Shown: positions 1 through 8,458, counted from the first letter of the stretch. The stretch: 64,000 bases of DNA from Bacteroidota bacterium (GCA_038750505.1 JBCDHD010000020.1:3534-67533); one strand, 5' to 3'. Translations and numbers: made by a program. Notes: generated by a model not told the origin, from the sequence alone.

Positions 1-135
1 TACGATCATTACAGCATTATGGGTATTGCTATGGAAAGCGGGTTCAATTCAAAGTCGACCTTTAATGCGTTGTTCAAAAAATTTACCGGACACACCCCTT
101 CTTCATTTAAAAAAATGCATCAAGTACAGGATTAA
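1..135 (+). CDS. AraC/XylS-family transcriptional regulator, C-terminal end only (gene begins upstream of window)
   Basis: Frame +1 reads YDHYSIMGIAMESGFNSKSTFNALFKKFTGHTPSSFKKMHQVQD, then TAA at 133-135. This is the typical second HTH of AraC regulators. It is absent from the ORF track because the window edge truncates it. Confidence 0.75.
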   Translation, partial: YDHYSIMGIAMESGFNSKSTFNALFKKFTGHTPSSFKKMHQVQD

Positions 136-136
136 C

Positions 137-211
137 ACAAGAAATCCGTCCGAAATACCACAATTTTAATTTTCCGGGACATGGCTAATTCCAGCTTGCC
201 CATTTTTGATC
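137..211 (+). promoter_or_regulatory. Conserved upstream module of amine oxidase 1 (candidate operator plus -7 box)
   Basis: GAAATCCG (141-148) and GAAATACC (152-159) are direct repeats 11 bp apart. CATTTTTG (201-208) is one mismatch from the Bacteroidota -7 consensus TAnnTTTG and sits 24 nt before ATG 232. The whole 75-nt block recurs at 4314-4388 with only 4 mismatches. Confidence 0.4.
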
Positions 212-231
212 CCAATTCGTATGCCTTTATA

Positions 232-1398
232 ATGAACCGAAAAGCATTTCTAAGAACCTGCGGAATATTGGGACTCAGCATACCATTCAATGGTTTTTCA
301 ACCCTTAACACTTTTAAAGCGGCTTCAAGGCCAAATAGGGTCATTATTGTTGGTGCCGGGGCAGCCGGGTTATCTGCGGGATACCTTCTAAAACAAAAGG
401 GGATAGATTTCAACATTATCGAAGCGGACACTCAATTCGGGGGAAGAATGAAAATCAATACTTCTTTTGCAGATTTCCCAACGCCCCTTGGTGCTGAATG
501 GATTTCATCTGAAAACCTAGATTTCAGTCCGTTAGCTGAAAATGAGAAGGTACTGGAACGTATCAAAATCGCAAACTATCTGCCAAATGACGCATACTGG
601 GTTTGGGACAATCATAAACTACTGCGAAGTACACTCGACACTTATATTGACAAAAAATTCATTAATAGCTCGTGGTTCTCGTTCTTCAAAACTTTTGTAG
701 TACCCAGTATTGAGAACAACATTGCTTTCGATACGAAGATTACATCAATAGAGTACACCAACACGGAGGTAGTATTAAAAGCTAAGCAACACGTATTTGT
801 TGCGGATCAGGTGATCTTGACAACACCTTTGTCAATCTTAAAATCAAAAGCAATCCGCTTCGTACCTACGCTACCGAAAAGCAAATTAAACGTACTCAAT
901 AAAATCACCTACTGGGATGGATTTAAAGCCTTTTTCGAATTTGAACAAAAATTCTATCCTGCTTTTGTCGATTATACCATACAACCAAAGACAGATGGAC
1001 AGGTATCATTATACGATGCGGCCTGGGGACAAGAAAGCAAGAAACACATACTAGGTCTTTTTGCCGTAGGTGCGCCTGCAAAAAAATATGGTGATTTAAC
1101 AGATGAAGTATTTATATCTCAATTTTTAAAAGAATTGGATAAGATATTTGAAGGAAAGGCAAGCAAGTATTTTATCAAACATATTACCCAAAATTGGTCA
1201 AAAGAACCTTTTGCAAAGGGAGCTTATCCGAGTGATTTTAATACCCCCAGGGCATTGGCAACATTGCGGGAACCCATACGCTACAAACTTTACTTTGCTG
1301 GTGACGCTTACACTGATGGTACGGATTGGGGACATGTGCATAACGCCATCTACTCCGCCCGGCAATGTGTAGAAATGATGTTAAAAGAAAATCAGTAA
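232..1398 (+). CDS. FAD-dependent amine oxidase family protein with Tat-like leader (paralog 1)
   Basis: Dinucleotide-binding motif VIIVGAGAAGLSAGYLL..IEA....GGR. The C-terminal FAGDAY motif is typical of flavin amine oxidases. N-terminus is MNRKAFLRTCGILGLSIPF. I prefer the start at 232 over the track start at 181 because paralog 2 starts at the equivalent Met and codon 181 is GTG in the second copy. Confidence 0.85.
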   Translation: MNRKAFLRTCGILGLSIPFNGFSTLNTFKAASRPNRVIIVGAGAAGLSAGYLLKQKGIDFNIIEADTQFGGRMKINTSFADFPTPLGAEWISSENLDFSPLAENEKVLERIKIANYLPNDAYWVWDNHKLLRSTLDTYIDKKFINSSWFSFFKTFVVPSIENNIAFDTKITSIEYTNTEVVLKAKQHVFVADQVILTTPLSILKSKAIRFVPTLPKSKLNVLNKITYWDGFKAFFEFEQKFYPAFVDYTIQPKTDGQVSLYDAAWGQESKKHILGLFAVGAPAKKYGDLTDEVFISQFLKELDKIFEGKASKYFIKHITQNWSKEPFAKGAYPSDFNTPRALATLREPIRYKLYFAGDAYTDGTDWGHVHNAIYSARQCVEMMLKENQ

Positions 1399-1401
1399 GA
1401 T

Positions 1402-1791
1402 ATGAAAGGCATAGTTTTCACACTACTCTCGGTTATTTCGTGGACTTCCCATGCACAAAAAATTAATCGAGAAGACTTATATACCTTTTGGCATTTGGAT
1501 AAATATTCCGACGAAGAGCAGTATTACTTCCCACCAAAAAAAGAGGCAGAAGACTATTTGGCCTTTGAAATGGATATGAGCTATACCGAGGTTTCCGAAG
1601 GGGTAAAGAATAATGGGACATGGTTGTTCAATACCAATGGAAAGTACATTGAATTACGATCAGGAGCGGGAGAAAAGAAAAAACTATACCTCCATTTTCT
1701 CTCTGATAAATCAATGGTAGTTACCTATGATACGGATGCGTTTCGCTCGTGGGAGGTGCATTATGTTTCTCGAATAATGAAAGATGAATGA
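1402..1791 (+). CDS. hypothetical secreted protein (small, possibly lipocalin-like)
   Basis: Signal peptide MKGIVFTLLSVISWTSHAQ. It sits 3 nt after the oxidase stop and overlaps the next ORF by 4 nt, which indicates an operon. Confidence 0.7.
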   Translation: MKGIVFTLLSVISWTSHAQKINREDLYTFWHLDKYSDEEQYYFPPKKEAEDYLAFEMDMSYTEVSEGVKNNGTWLFNTNGKYIELRSGAGEKKKLYLHFLSDKSMVVTYDTDAFRSWEVHYVSRIMKDE

Positions 1792-2858
1792 AAATAATGA
1801 TCGCTGTCATTTCACTTTTTACGACAACAGTGCTTTGTGCCCAAGAGAGAATAGCACTAAGAACCCTTCCTTTCATACCGCAAAGCAACGAGAAGATATA
1901 TGTAGCGTCTGTGGTAGATCATCGAAAAATAAAAAGTTTAGGCCTCCATGAAAAGATAAATGGAGCGAAAACCGAGCTGTTTTTAAATGAAGGAGCGGAA
2001 ACCGCTATAGCACGTTTTTACAGCGCATCTTTGAAAAAAGATAGCTTTGACATCCCTGTTTTCATTGAACTAAAAGCGCTAAATATTCAGGAGTCAAAAC
2101 GAAGGATGAACAATGGAATTGTACAGGTAGCTAGAGTTCATGTTGAAATGTCCTTCTTTCAAATGGAAGGTAACACACCTAAACAACTCTATACAATTAA
2201 ACATAACGAAGATGAAGTATTTGATCTTTACGAAAGGGCAGAACTATACGCTACTCATGAAAAAAGGATTCGAGCAGCCCTGGAATATTGCATGCATTAC
2301 TTTTTGAAGAATTATGAGGCAATCAAGTATGGAGTTTCGGCGGATTTTATTCCGATAAGAGAAAACCAGAAAACAGAGGATAGGCTCGAACAATGGTTTA
2401 ATCTTGTAACCATAAAGGGAATGGGAAGTAGGTATTTTCAGGGGTACGGAATAAGCTATACAGGCTTTGTAGACCGTAAAAAAGGGTTGATCAGACCTTA
2501 TGAAACATCCTTCGAAGTAACCTGGGCGAGAGAAGACGTAGCACAAGAGAATGGATATGAAGAAGTGAATTCATTCGTATTTCGTCCCGAGTTATACTTC
2601 TTCTACAAAAAGCTATTTAAAGGAACCTACGCATCCATTAGTACAAATGTGCCTGCAGGCTTTGAACTGTTAGAAGATCTATCCGGTGATACCTCCTTTA
2701 ATTTTGTTATAGGTATTGGAACAAACCAGGGATTACGGTTTATCCCCTGGCAAGAAAGTGGACTTGTTTTTGGGGTGGACTTCTTCCAGCAGTTTGAAAC
2801 CTCAAAAGTGTATCGCTTTGATCTGGGGGTGGAATTTGTATTGGGTATAAACTTTTAA
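1788..2858 (+). CDS. hypothetical secreted protein, candidate outer-membrane beta-barrel
   Basis: Signal peptide MKIMIAVISLFTTTVLCAQ. The C-terminus ...FDLGVEFVLGINF ends in Phe after an alternating hydrophobic pattern, as in OMP beta-signals. No family recognised. Confidence 0.7.
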   Translation: MKIMIAVISLFTTTVLCAQERIALRTLPFIPQSNEKIYVASVVDHRKIKSLGLHEKINGAKTELFLNEGAETAIARFYSASLKKDSFDIPVFIELKALNIQESKRRMNNGIVQVARVHVEMSFFQMEGNTPKQLYTIKHNEDEVFDLYERAELYATHEKRIRAALEYCMHYFLKNYEAIKYGVSADFIPIRENQKTEDRLEQWFNLVTIKGMGSRYFQGYGISYTGFVDRKKGLIRPYETSFEVTWAREDVAQENGYEEVNSFVFRPELYFFYKKLFKGTYASISTNVPAGFELLEDLSGDTSFNFVIGIGTNQGLRFIPWQESGLVFGVDFFQQFETSKVYRFDLGVEFVLGINF

Positions 2859-2868
2859 TTCGAAAACA

Positions 2869-3879
2869 TTGTATCATCCAAGATTATATGGGGAATATTA
2901 CGAAATGGGACTGAAGTACGGAACACTACTTCGTGAGAAAGCAGACTTCGTTCTCCCTAAAATAAACAGTAAAAAAAGAAGATTTGGGCTCGAATCCTAC
3001 AAAGAGTTGCAACGCTTTTATCCCGAAGTCGTGGAGGAAATAAAAGGTTTTGCAAATGGGATAAATGACCAACCCGAAAACCTTGGAGCCTTTCTTTTAA
3101 GCCTTGGCGTTTTTGATACGGGTGGTCAATGTAGCGTATTCGCCTTTAAAAATGAAGACTCCGTAGTCGTTGGCAGAAATTATGATATGCTTTTTGCGTT
3201 TAAAAAATTCACTGAAAGCAGTTTAATAGCGCCTAACGACAAGTATGCCTACATCAGTCAATCGGATATTTTTATTGGTCGTTCGGACGGTATCAACGAA
3301 AAAGGCTTGTCTATTGCTATGTCGTTTGTGAATGGGACTGCGATTCAGCCGGGAATAGGGTTTCATTTTGTCATCCGAAAAGTATTGGAAAATTGTAGTA
3401 CCACAGCACAGGCAATACAGCTTATACGAAATACCAGGGTTTCTACTGCAAATAATTTTTTAATTGCTGATTGCACAGGTGATATGGCGGTAGTAGAATC
3501 TGCCCCGCAAAAAAAAGTCGTCAGAAGACCAGAACACAATCAAAACTACATTTATATAACGAATCAGTTTATATCGGGGGAAATGACCGTCTTGGATCGC
3601 GGAGGTGTTGAATGGAGTAAGAGTTCTGAGCGATCTCAGCAATTGGAAAAAAAATTGCATTCTATTAAAAATATGGACCAACTAAAAGCCAAGCAAATCC
3701 TTTCGGACGAATGCATATGTCTGAATTTAAAAAAAGAAAAGTTTGGCACCATATGGTCCGTTGTGGGCAATTTAAATAATCTATCTATTGAACGTGCAGA
3801 AACCAGGCCTAAAGTTTACAACTACAACTCGGAAAAACGATTGGATTGGTGGCTAAAAAAAAGAAATAAACGTAGTTAA
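2869..3879 (+). CDS. C45-family Ntn hydrolase / acyl-CoA:6-APA acyltransferase-like protein
   Basis: The N-terminus ..GEYYEMGLKYG, the GGQCSVFAF segment (candidate nucleophile Cys) and NFLIADCTGDMAVVE resemble C45/choloylglycine-type Ntn hydrolases. TTG start, exact start uncertain. No signal peptide. Confidence 0.65.
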   Translation: MYHPRLYGEYYEMGLKYGTLLREKADFVLPKINSKKRRFGLESYKELQRFYPEVVEEIKGFANGINDQPENLGAFLLSLGVFDTGGQCSVFAFKNEDSVVVGRNYDMLFAFKKFTESSLIAPNDKYAYISQSDIFIGRSDGINEKGLSIAMSFVNGTAIQPGIGFHFVIRKVLENCSTTAQAIQLIRNTRVSTANNFLIADCTGDMAVVESAPQKKVVRRPEHNQNYIYITNQFISGEMTVLDRGGVEWSKSSERSQQLEKKLHSIKNMDQLKAKQILSDECICLNLKKEKFGTIWSVVGNLNNLSIERAETRPKVYNYNSEKRLDWWLKKRNKRS

Positions 3880-3900
3880 AAACGCCTAAGGAAGCACTTA

Positions 3901-4346
3901 TGAAAAAACCGATATACGCCATAGTATTGCTAGCCGCCTATAGTACCAACCTCCTTTCACAGGAAAAAAGGATAAGGCAATACATCACCTTAGGATCGCT
4001 TTGGAATATTCCGAGGATGAAGAGGAGAAGAAGGAAATCAGCAATTCCTTAAAAGAAGTACTGGAATAAGGATAAATTTCCGAAGTGTTTGTGTTTTCTA
4101 AATTGCAATAAGGATAACAGCCATTTTTAAAGACAGCATTTACTATTTTCACAAAAAAAGGAATTGATGCGCCTCAAATACGATCATTACTGCAGTATGG
4201 ATATCGCTGTGCAAAGTGGGTTTAATTCAAAGTCCATCTTTAATGCGTTGTTCAAAAAATTTACCGGACGCACCCCCTCTTCATTTAAAAAAGGCGTCAA
4301 AAACAGAATTAGAACAAGAAATCCGTCCGAAATACCACAATTTTAA
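3901..4346 (+). pseudogene. decayed AraC-family regulator (N-terminal signal-peptide stub, frameshifted middle, HTH tail)
   Basis: ATG 3901 gives MKKPIYAIVLLAAYSTNLLSQEKR.. and stops after about 50 codons. A second frame reads SEDEEEKKEISNSLKEVLE then stop. 4167-4346 encodes MRLKYDHYCSMDIAVQSGFNSKSIFNALFKKFTGRTPSSFKK, which is homologous at DNA level to the intact regulator tail at 1-135. Confidence 0.5.
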
Positions 4347-4388
4347 TCTTCCGGGACGTGGCTAATTCCAGCCTACCCATTTTTGATC
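4314..4388 (+). promoter_or_regulatory. Second copy of the conserved amine-oxidase upstream module
   Basis: 71/75 nt identical to 137-211. Contains GAAATCCG (4318-4325), GAAATACC (4329-4336) and CATTTTTG (4378-4385), 25 nt before ATG 4410. Confidence 0.4.
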
Positions 4389-4409
4389 TAAACTCTATAA
4401 ACCTCTATT

Positions 4410-5600
4410 ATGACACGAAAGGAATTTATCGCCGCTTGCAGCTTGTTTGGCATATCACTCCCCTTTCAAACCGTATTAAGGGCCTGTTCCTCAGCTACGG
4501 AAGAACCCATCATCGCAGCTGATTTTGATGGTTCAGTATTGATCGTGGGTGCGGGGGCAGCAGGAATGGCTACCGCTTATTTATTACAACAACTGGGCGT
4601 AGAATATCAAATTTTAGAAGCGGATACCTCCTACGGTGGCCGCTTTCGTACCAACAATTCCTTTACAGATTTTCCGATTCCCCTGGGTGCAGAATGGCTA
4701 CATGTATCAGAAGCCGAGCTCCCGGCAATTGTGAACAATGCTGGTGTTGAAATTGATACCACCTTGTTACCCTACTCCGAGAAGGATACCTCCGGATATT
4801 ATAGCAATGGTCAACTGACCTTAGAAGAAGTGGGATCTGCTGTCAACGATGATCAGGACAAAAGGTTCATTAACTCTTCCTGGTTTGATTTTTTTGAAGA
4901 ATACATCGTTCCCAGCATTCGGAGCAACATGCGTTTCAATACCCGGATTGCATCTATTGATTATTCGGCTGACAGCGTTCTTGCGAAAGACACGAACGGA
5001 ACGCTATATGAAGCGGATAAACTAGTATTGACCATACCACTTAAATTGTTGCAGATAGGGCAGGTGGATTTTAGACCAGAATTGCCAAACAACAAACAAA
5101 ATGCCCTGGCCAACGCCAATATATGGAGTGGATTGAAGCTGTTTTTAAAATTTTCTGAACAGTTCTACCCTACCTTCCTCTATTTTGATGATAGTCAAAC
5201 CAGAGAAGGACAACGCCTGTATTATGATGCCGCCTATGGTCAAAATTCAGCCGATAACGTCTTGGGACTATTTTCGGTCGGGAAACAGGCCGAAGTGTAC
5301 CAAGCCTTTAAAGGTACTGCTCTAAGGGATTATGTACTGAACGAATTGGATGAAATCTTTGATGGAAAAGCCTCTGAAACCTTTCAGGATATTTTGGTAC
5401 AAAACTGGAATGAACAGCCATTTGCCGGAGCGGCCTATCTGGAAGACGAGGCTTCAAGTTCCATTTCAACGGCAATGTCCAAATCTATTGACAATAAACT
5501 TTATTTTGCCGGTTGCTCCTACACCCAATTTGATGATTGGAGTTCCGTACACACAGCTGCCCGTTCGGCCAGAGATGCTGTTCGGGAATTAGTTCGTTGA
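4410..5600 (+). CDS. FAD-dependent amine oxidase family protein with Tat-like leader (paralog 2)
   Basis: VLIVGAGAAGMATAYLL..LEA....GGR and a C-terminal FAGCSY motif. Leader is MTRKEFIAACSLFGISLPF. Clearly paralogous to 232-1398, with roughly half the residues identical by eye. Confidence 0.85.
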   Translation: MTRKEFIAACSLFGISLPFQTVLRACSSATEEPIIAADFDGSVLIVGAGAAGMATAYLLQQLGVEYQILEADTSYGGRFRTNNSFTDFPIPLGAEWLHVSEAELPAIVNNAGVEIDTTLLPYSEKDTSGYYSNGQLTLEEVGSAVNDDQDKRFINSSWFDFFEEYIVPSIRSNMRFNTRIASIDYSADSVLAKDTNGTLYEADKLVLTIPLKLLQIGQVDFRPELPNNKQNALANANIWSGLKLFLKFSEQFYPTFLYFDDSQTREGQRLYYDAAYGQNSADNVLGLFSVGKQAEVYQAFKGTALRDYVLNELDEIFDGKASETFQDILVQNWNEQPFAGAAYLEDEASSSISTAMSKSIDNKLYFAGCSYTQFDDWSSVHTAARSARDAVRELVR

Positions 5601-5616
5601 TGGAATACATTGTTAT

Positions 5617-5689
5617 TTCGAAATGAGTCGCCAAAGGAGACGATTGAGAAATCCGGGTTTCTCACGCTCGCAAGCTCGGTTCGAAATGA
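5617..5689. repeat. small structured intergenic element (REP/MITE-like or operator)
   Basis: TTCGAAATGA occurs twice (5617-5626 and 5680-5689), flanking the hairpin GAGAAA-tccggg-TTTCTC (5646-5663). The ...TTTCTCACGCTCGCAAGCTCGGTTCGAAATGAC stretch resembles short repeat elements common in Bacteroidota intergenic DNA. Confidence 0.35.
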
Positions 5690-5702
5690 CTATTTTCATG
5701 GT

Positions 5703-6179
5703 ATGAAAACCGCAACTGTTTCCCAATTAAAAAAGGAATTACTGCTTCGGAATCCCGAAGAATTACTGGAGTTGTGCCTACGCCTCTCAAAATTCAAAAA
5801 GGAAAACAAAGAATTGCTAACCTATTTATTATTTGAAGGTGATGACGAAGCGGGGTATATCACTAGGGTAAAGGCGGAATTGGATGTATGGTTTTCGGAG
5901 ATCAATACTACCAGTTATTACTATATCAAAAAAAGTGTTCGAAAGATCCTTAGGAGCCTCAAAAAGTTCATTCGTTATTCTGGCAATAAAGAAACCGAGG
6001 TGGAGTTACTTCTTTATTTTTGCGAAAAACTGAAGCACTTTACACCTCCCATCAGAAGGAATGTTGCCTTGACCAATTTATATGAACGTCAATGGCTATA
6101 CCTCGAAAAGAAAATTGGGTTGTTGCATGAGGATTTACAATACGATTATGGGATATTGCTACAAAGCCTTCGCGGATGA
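5703..6179 (+). CDS. hypothetical protein (conserved Bacteroidota family, possibly DUF6155-like)
   Basis: The ATG at 5703 gives MKTATVSQLKKELLLRNPEELLELCLRLSKFKKENKELLTYLLFE. The track start (TTG 5610) would read through the repeat element. The stop overlaps the AraC start (ATGA). Confidence 0.65.
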   Translation: MKTATVSQLKKELLLRNPEELLELCLRLSKFKKENKELLTYLLFEGDDEAGYITRVKAELDVWFSEINTTSYYYIKKSVRKILRSLKKFIRYSGNKETEVELLLYFCEKLKHFTPPIRRNVALTNLYERQWLYLEKKIGLLHEDLQYDYGILLQSLRG

Positions 6180-7099
6180 ATGCTATTAACCACTATGCCA
6201 CCTTAGATGCCTATTGCAAGGCAATACAGATTGCAACACCAAAATGGCCCGACTTTGATATACGAACTTTTGAGGATAATATGAAAACGGTAAAGCATAA
6301 AATGCCGCCGTTTAAACACGAGTTCTATGCAATTGCCTTGAAGTTATCCGGTGGAGGATTTACCAAAACCGGTAATTATTCTACGGAATCCTTATCCGCT
6401 ACTGTTTTCTTTAACTCCCCTTATCAAATCATACAATGGGACATTGCACCGGATTGGAACGGGTTTTATATCATTTTTTCCGAAGAGTTTTATCAATTAG
6501 GACAACCCAAAAGTCAAATCAGCACGGATTTCCCTTTTCTACTTGTAGACAATACAATTCCCATTGCCCTTTCAGAAATAGAAGCAATACCTTTTATCAA
6601 TACGTTCCGGGATATGCTATCCGAACATCAAAAAAATGATGCTACCTCAAAAACCATTTGCCATCTGGGAACCCAAATCCTATTACATAAGGTAGCTCGT
6701 CTCTTTAAAGATAGAGGTCCGAAACAAGCGCTGCCAAGAACACATCGCGATAACGACCTAGCTTTGGTAAGTCGTTTTAAAACACTGGTCGAGACCAGTT
6801 TTTATCCGGATCATCCTTTTGAGCATGGGGAGCCCCACAAAGTGCAGTTCTATGCCGATCAATTGCATTTACACCCCAATCACCTAAACGCTGTGGTAAA
6901 ACGGATCGCTTCGCAATCCGCCTCAGAAATTATTTACAAACACATGATCGCACTTGCCAAATCCAAACTACAACAGACCAACAAATCCGTTAAAGAGATT
7001 GCTTTCGACCTCTATTACAACTATCCGAATCATTTTGCTAATTTCTTTAAAAGGCAGGTGGGTAGTAGTCCTGTAGAATTTCGAAAATCGCTCAAATAA
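6176..7099 (+). CDS. AraC-family transcriptional regulator
   Basis: C-terminal HTH ...SVKEIAFDLYYNYPNHFANFFKRQVGSSPVEFRK. The N-terminal ligand-type domain is typical of Bacteroidota AraC proteins. Confidence 0.85.
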   Translation: MNAINHYATLDAYCKAIQIATPKWPDFDIRTFEDNMKTVKHKMPPFKHEFYAIALKLSGGGFTKTGNYSTESLSATVFFNSPYQIIQWDIAPDWNGFYIIFSEEFYQLGQPKSQISTDFPFLLVDNTIPIALSEIEAIPFINTFRDMLSEHQKNDATSKTICHLGTQILLHKVARLFKDRGPKQALPRTHRDNDLALVSRFKTLVETSFYPDHPFEHGEPHKVQFYADQLHLHPNHLNAVVKRIASQSASEIIYKHMIALAKSKLQQTNKSVKEIAFDLYYNYPNHFANFFKRQVGSSPVEFRKSLK

Positions 7100-7106
7100 G
7101 TTACTA

Positions 7107-7442
7107 CTAGACATTAAAATGGCTCCCAAACCATACCATTTGAGAAATCAGGTCTTTAGATTTTCTCCCCAGATCGGATAATGCATAAAAAACGATTTTT
7201 GGTGCTTTGGATTTGTGTTCCTCACGGTAAATTAAACCATCAGCAGTAAGATCGGCCAAAACCACGGTTAACATTTTTTCGGTAACGTCGGGGATACGGT
7301 CCCGTATTTCCGAGTAGCGCAGTGCCCCGTGCTCCAATAAAAGTTGAACAACCACTACCTTCCATCGACCACCAAGGATTTTAAGCGTTTGTGTTGCTGC
7401 GTTATATGGACAAGTATCTACTTTTCTTCCAATTCTGGGCAT
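7107..7442 (-). CDS. HxlR-family winged-helix transcriptional regulator
   Basis: CPYNAATQTLKILGGRWKVVVVQLLLEHGALRYSEIRDRIPDVTEKMLTVVLADLTADGLIYRE is the HxlR signature. I prefer the start at Met13 of the track ORF. Confidence 0.85.
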   Translation of the reverse strand: MPRIGRKVDTCPYNAATQTLKILGGRWKVVVVQLLLEHGALRYSEIRDRIPDVTEKMLTVVLADLTADGLIYREEHKSKAPKIVFYALSDLGRKSKDLISQMVWFGSHFNV

Positions 7443-7511
7443 ACTTACTTTTATGTACGTTATTTGACCGCAATTCAAGGAGCGTTACTTTGGCCTTATA
7501 ATAACCAAATT

Positions 7512-8423
7512 ATGAAAAAAGTACTTGTTCTTGGCGCTACGGGTTATATTGGCAAGGAAGTCTGCCAAACCTTTGTTTACAATAATTTTGAGGTGTATGG
7601 TTTAATACGCAGCCCCTCTCTTAGGTCGCAACTACCTCCGAAAGTAAAGTACATTGATGGTGATTTTGCTACCATAGACAATTGGTCGCATCACTTAAGA
7701 GAAATGGATACCATTATTAATGCAGCATTTCCCAGTCACGGCGGGGATTGGTTTAAAGCGGTAACAATAGAGCATGATTTTCTGGAAAAGCTTTTTGAGA
7801 ACGTAACAAATCAAACTCAGGTTATCCTGATGAATGGCACCGCTTTTCTGGGGGACAGTGGGGCAGGAAGTCTTTCCGAAACAGCTGCTGTTCAGCAGGA
7901 CCATCCGGCTGGTATTCGCGCTAAAAACACCTCTCCTAAACACTGGAAAAAGCTTCATAGCAATGTAGTAGAACTCCGTTTTGCCTCTTTTATCTATGGA
8001 AAAAACGGAAGTGTCTTCTTGCCTATCTTGATCAGCGAAGCAAGAAAAACCGGAGAATCCATCTATGTGGAGGACGGAAAAATCTACACCTCCACCTTAC
8101 ACGTATCGCTTACGGGGTCCGCTTGTCTGGCAGCGGTGCAATATGGCGTTGCGGGTGAAACCTATCATTTTGCTAATGACGAAACTCCTTCGATCAAAAC
8201 TATTGCTCATGCGGTAAGCCACTGTTGTGGCCCAAAGTGTAAAGCAATTTCTGTTACCGCTGAGGAAGCCCAAGATCGGCTTGATCCCTTCACCCTCCTT
8301 TTCATGCAGCAAAACAATGCGATTAACAGTACAAAGGCCCGTAAAGAACTAAATTGGCGGGCAAGCTGTGATACCTCGCTCTTATGGGATGTAGCCCACG
8401 GTTCCTATGCACACCACGGTTAA
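7512..8423 (+). CDS. NAD(P)-binding NmrA/epimerase-like oxidoreductase
   Basis: MKKVLVLGATGYIGKEV Rossmann motif at ATG 7512. The track ORF start at 7344 overlaps the divergent HxlR gene and is rejected. Confidence 0.8.
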   Translation: MKKVLVLGATGYIGKEVCQTFVYNNFEVYGLIRSPSLRSQLPPKVKYIDGDFATIDNWSHHLREMDTIINAAFPSHGGDWFKAVTIEHDFLEKLFENVTNQTQVILMNGTAFLGDSGAGSLSETAAVQQDHPAGIRAKNTSPKHWKKLHSNVVELRFASFIYGKNGSVFLPILISEARKTGESIYVEDGKIYTSTLHVSLTGSACLAAVQYGVAGETYHFANDETPSIKTIAHAVSHCCGPKCKAISVTAEEAQDRLDPFTLLFMQQNNAINSTKARKELNWRASCDTSLLWDVAHGSYAHHG

Positions 8424-8458
8424 AGCCTGCCCTACAACCCACCTTCTTAGCGCTAACT

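Noticed and set aside
181-231. Track start (ATG 181) giving a 17-aa extension MANSSLPIFDPNSYAFI on amine oxidase 1
   Set aside because: The extension lies inside the conserved 75-nt promoter block. The equivalent codon in the second copy is GTG followed by a stop-containing frame. Paralog 2 starts at the Met equivalent to position 232.
5670-5692. GGTTCGAAAT resembling a tRNA T-loop; also GGGGTAGCGCTATGC at about 23879 resembling a tRNA 5-prime end
   Set aside because: No acceptor, anticodon or T-arm pairing could be built around either. I found no tRNA, rRNA, tmRNA, RNase P or CRISPR repeat structure anywhere in the window.
7344-7511. 56-aa N-terminal extension of the NmrA-like ORF
   Set aside because: It overlaps the divergent HxlR coding region. 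The Rossmann motif starts right after Met 7512 (MKKVLVLGATGYIG).
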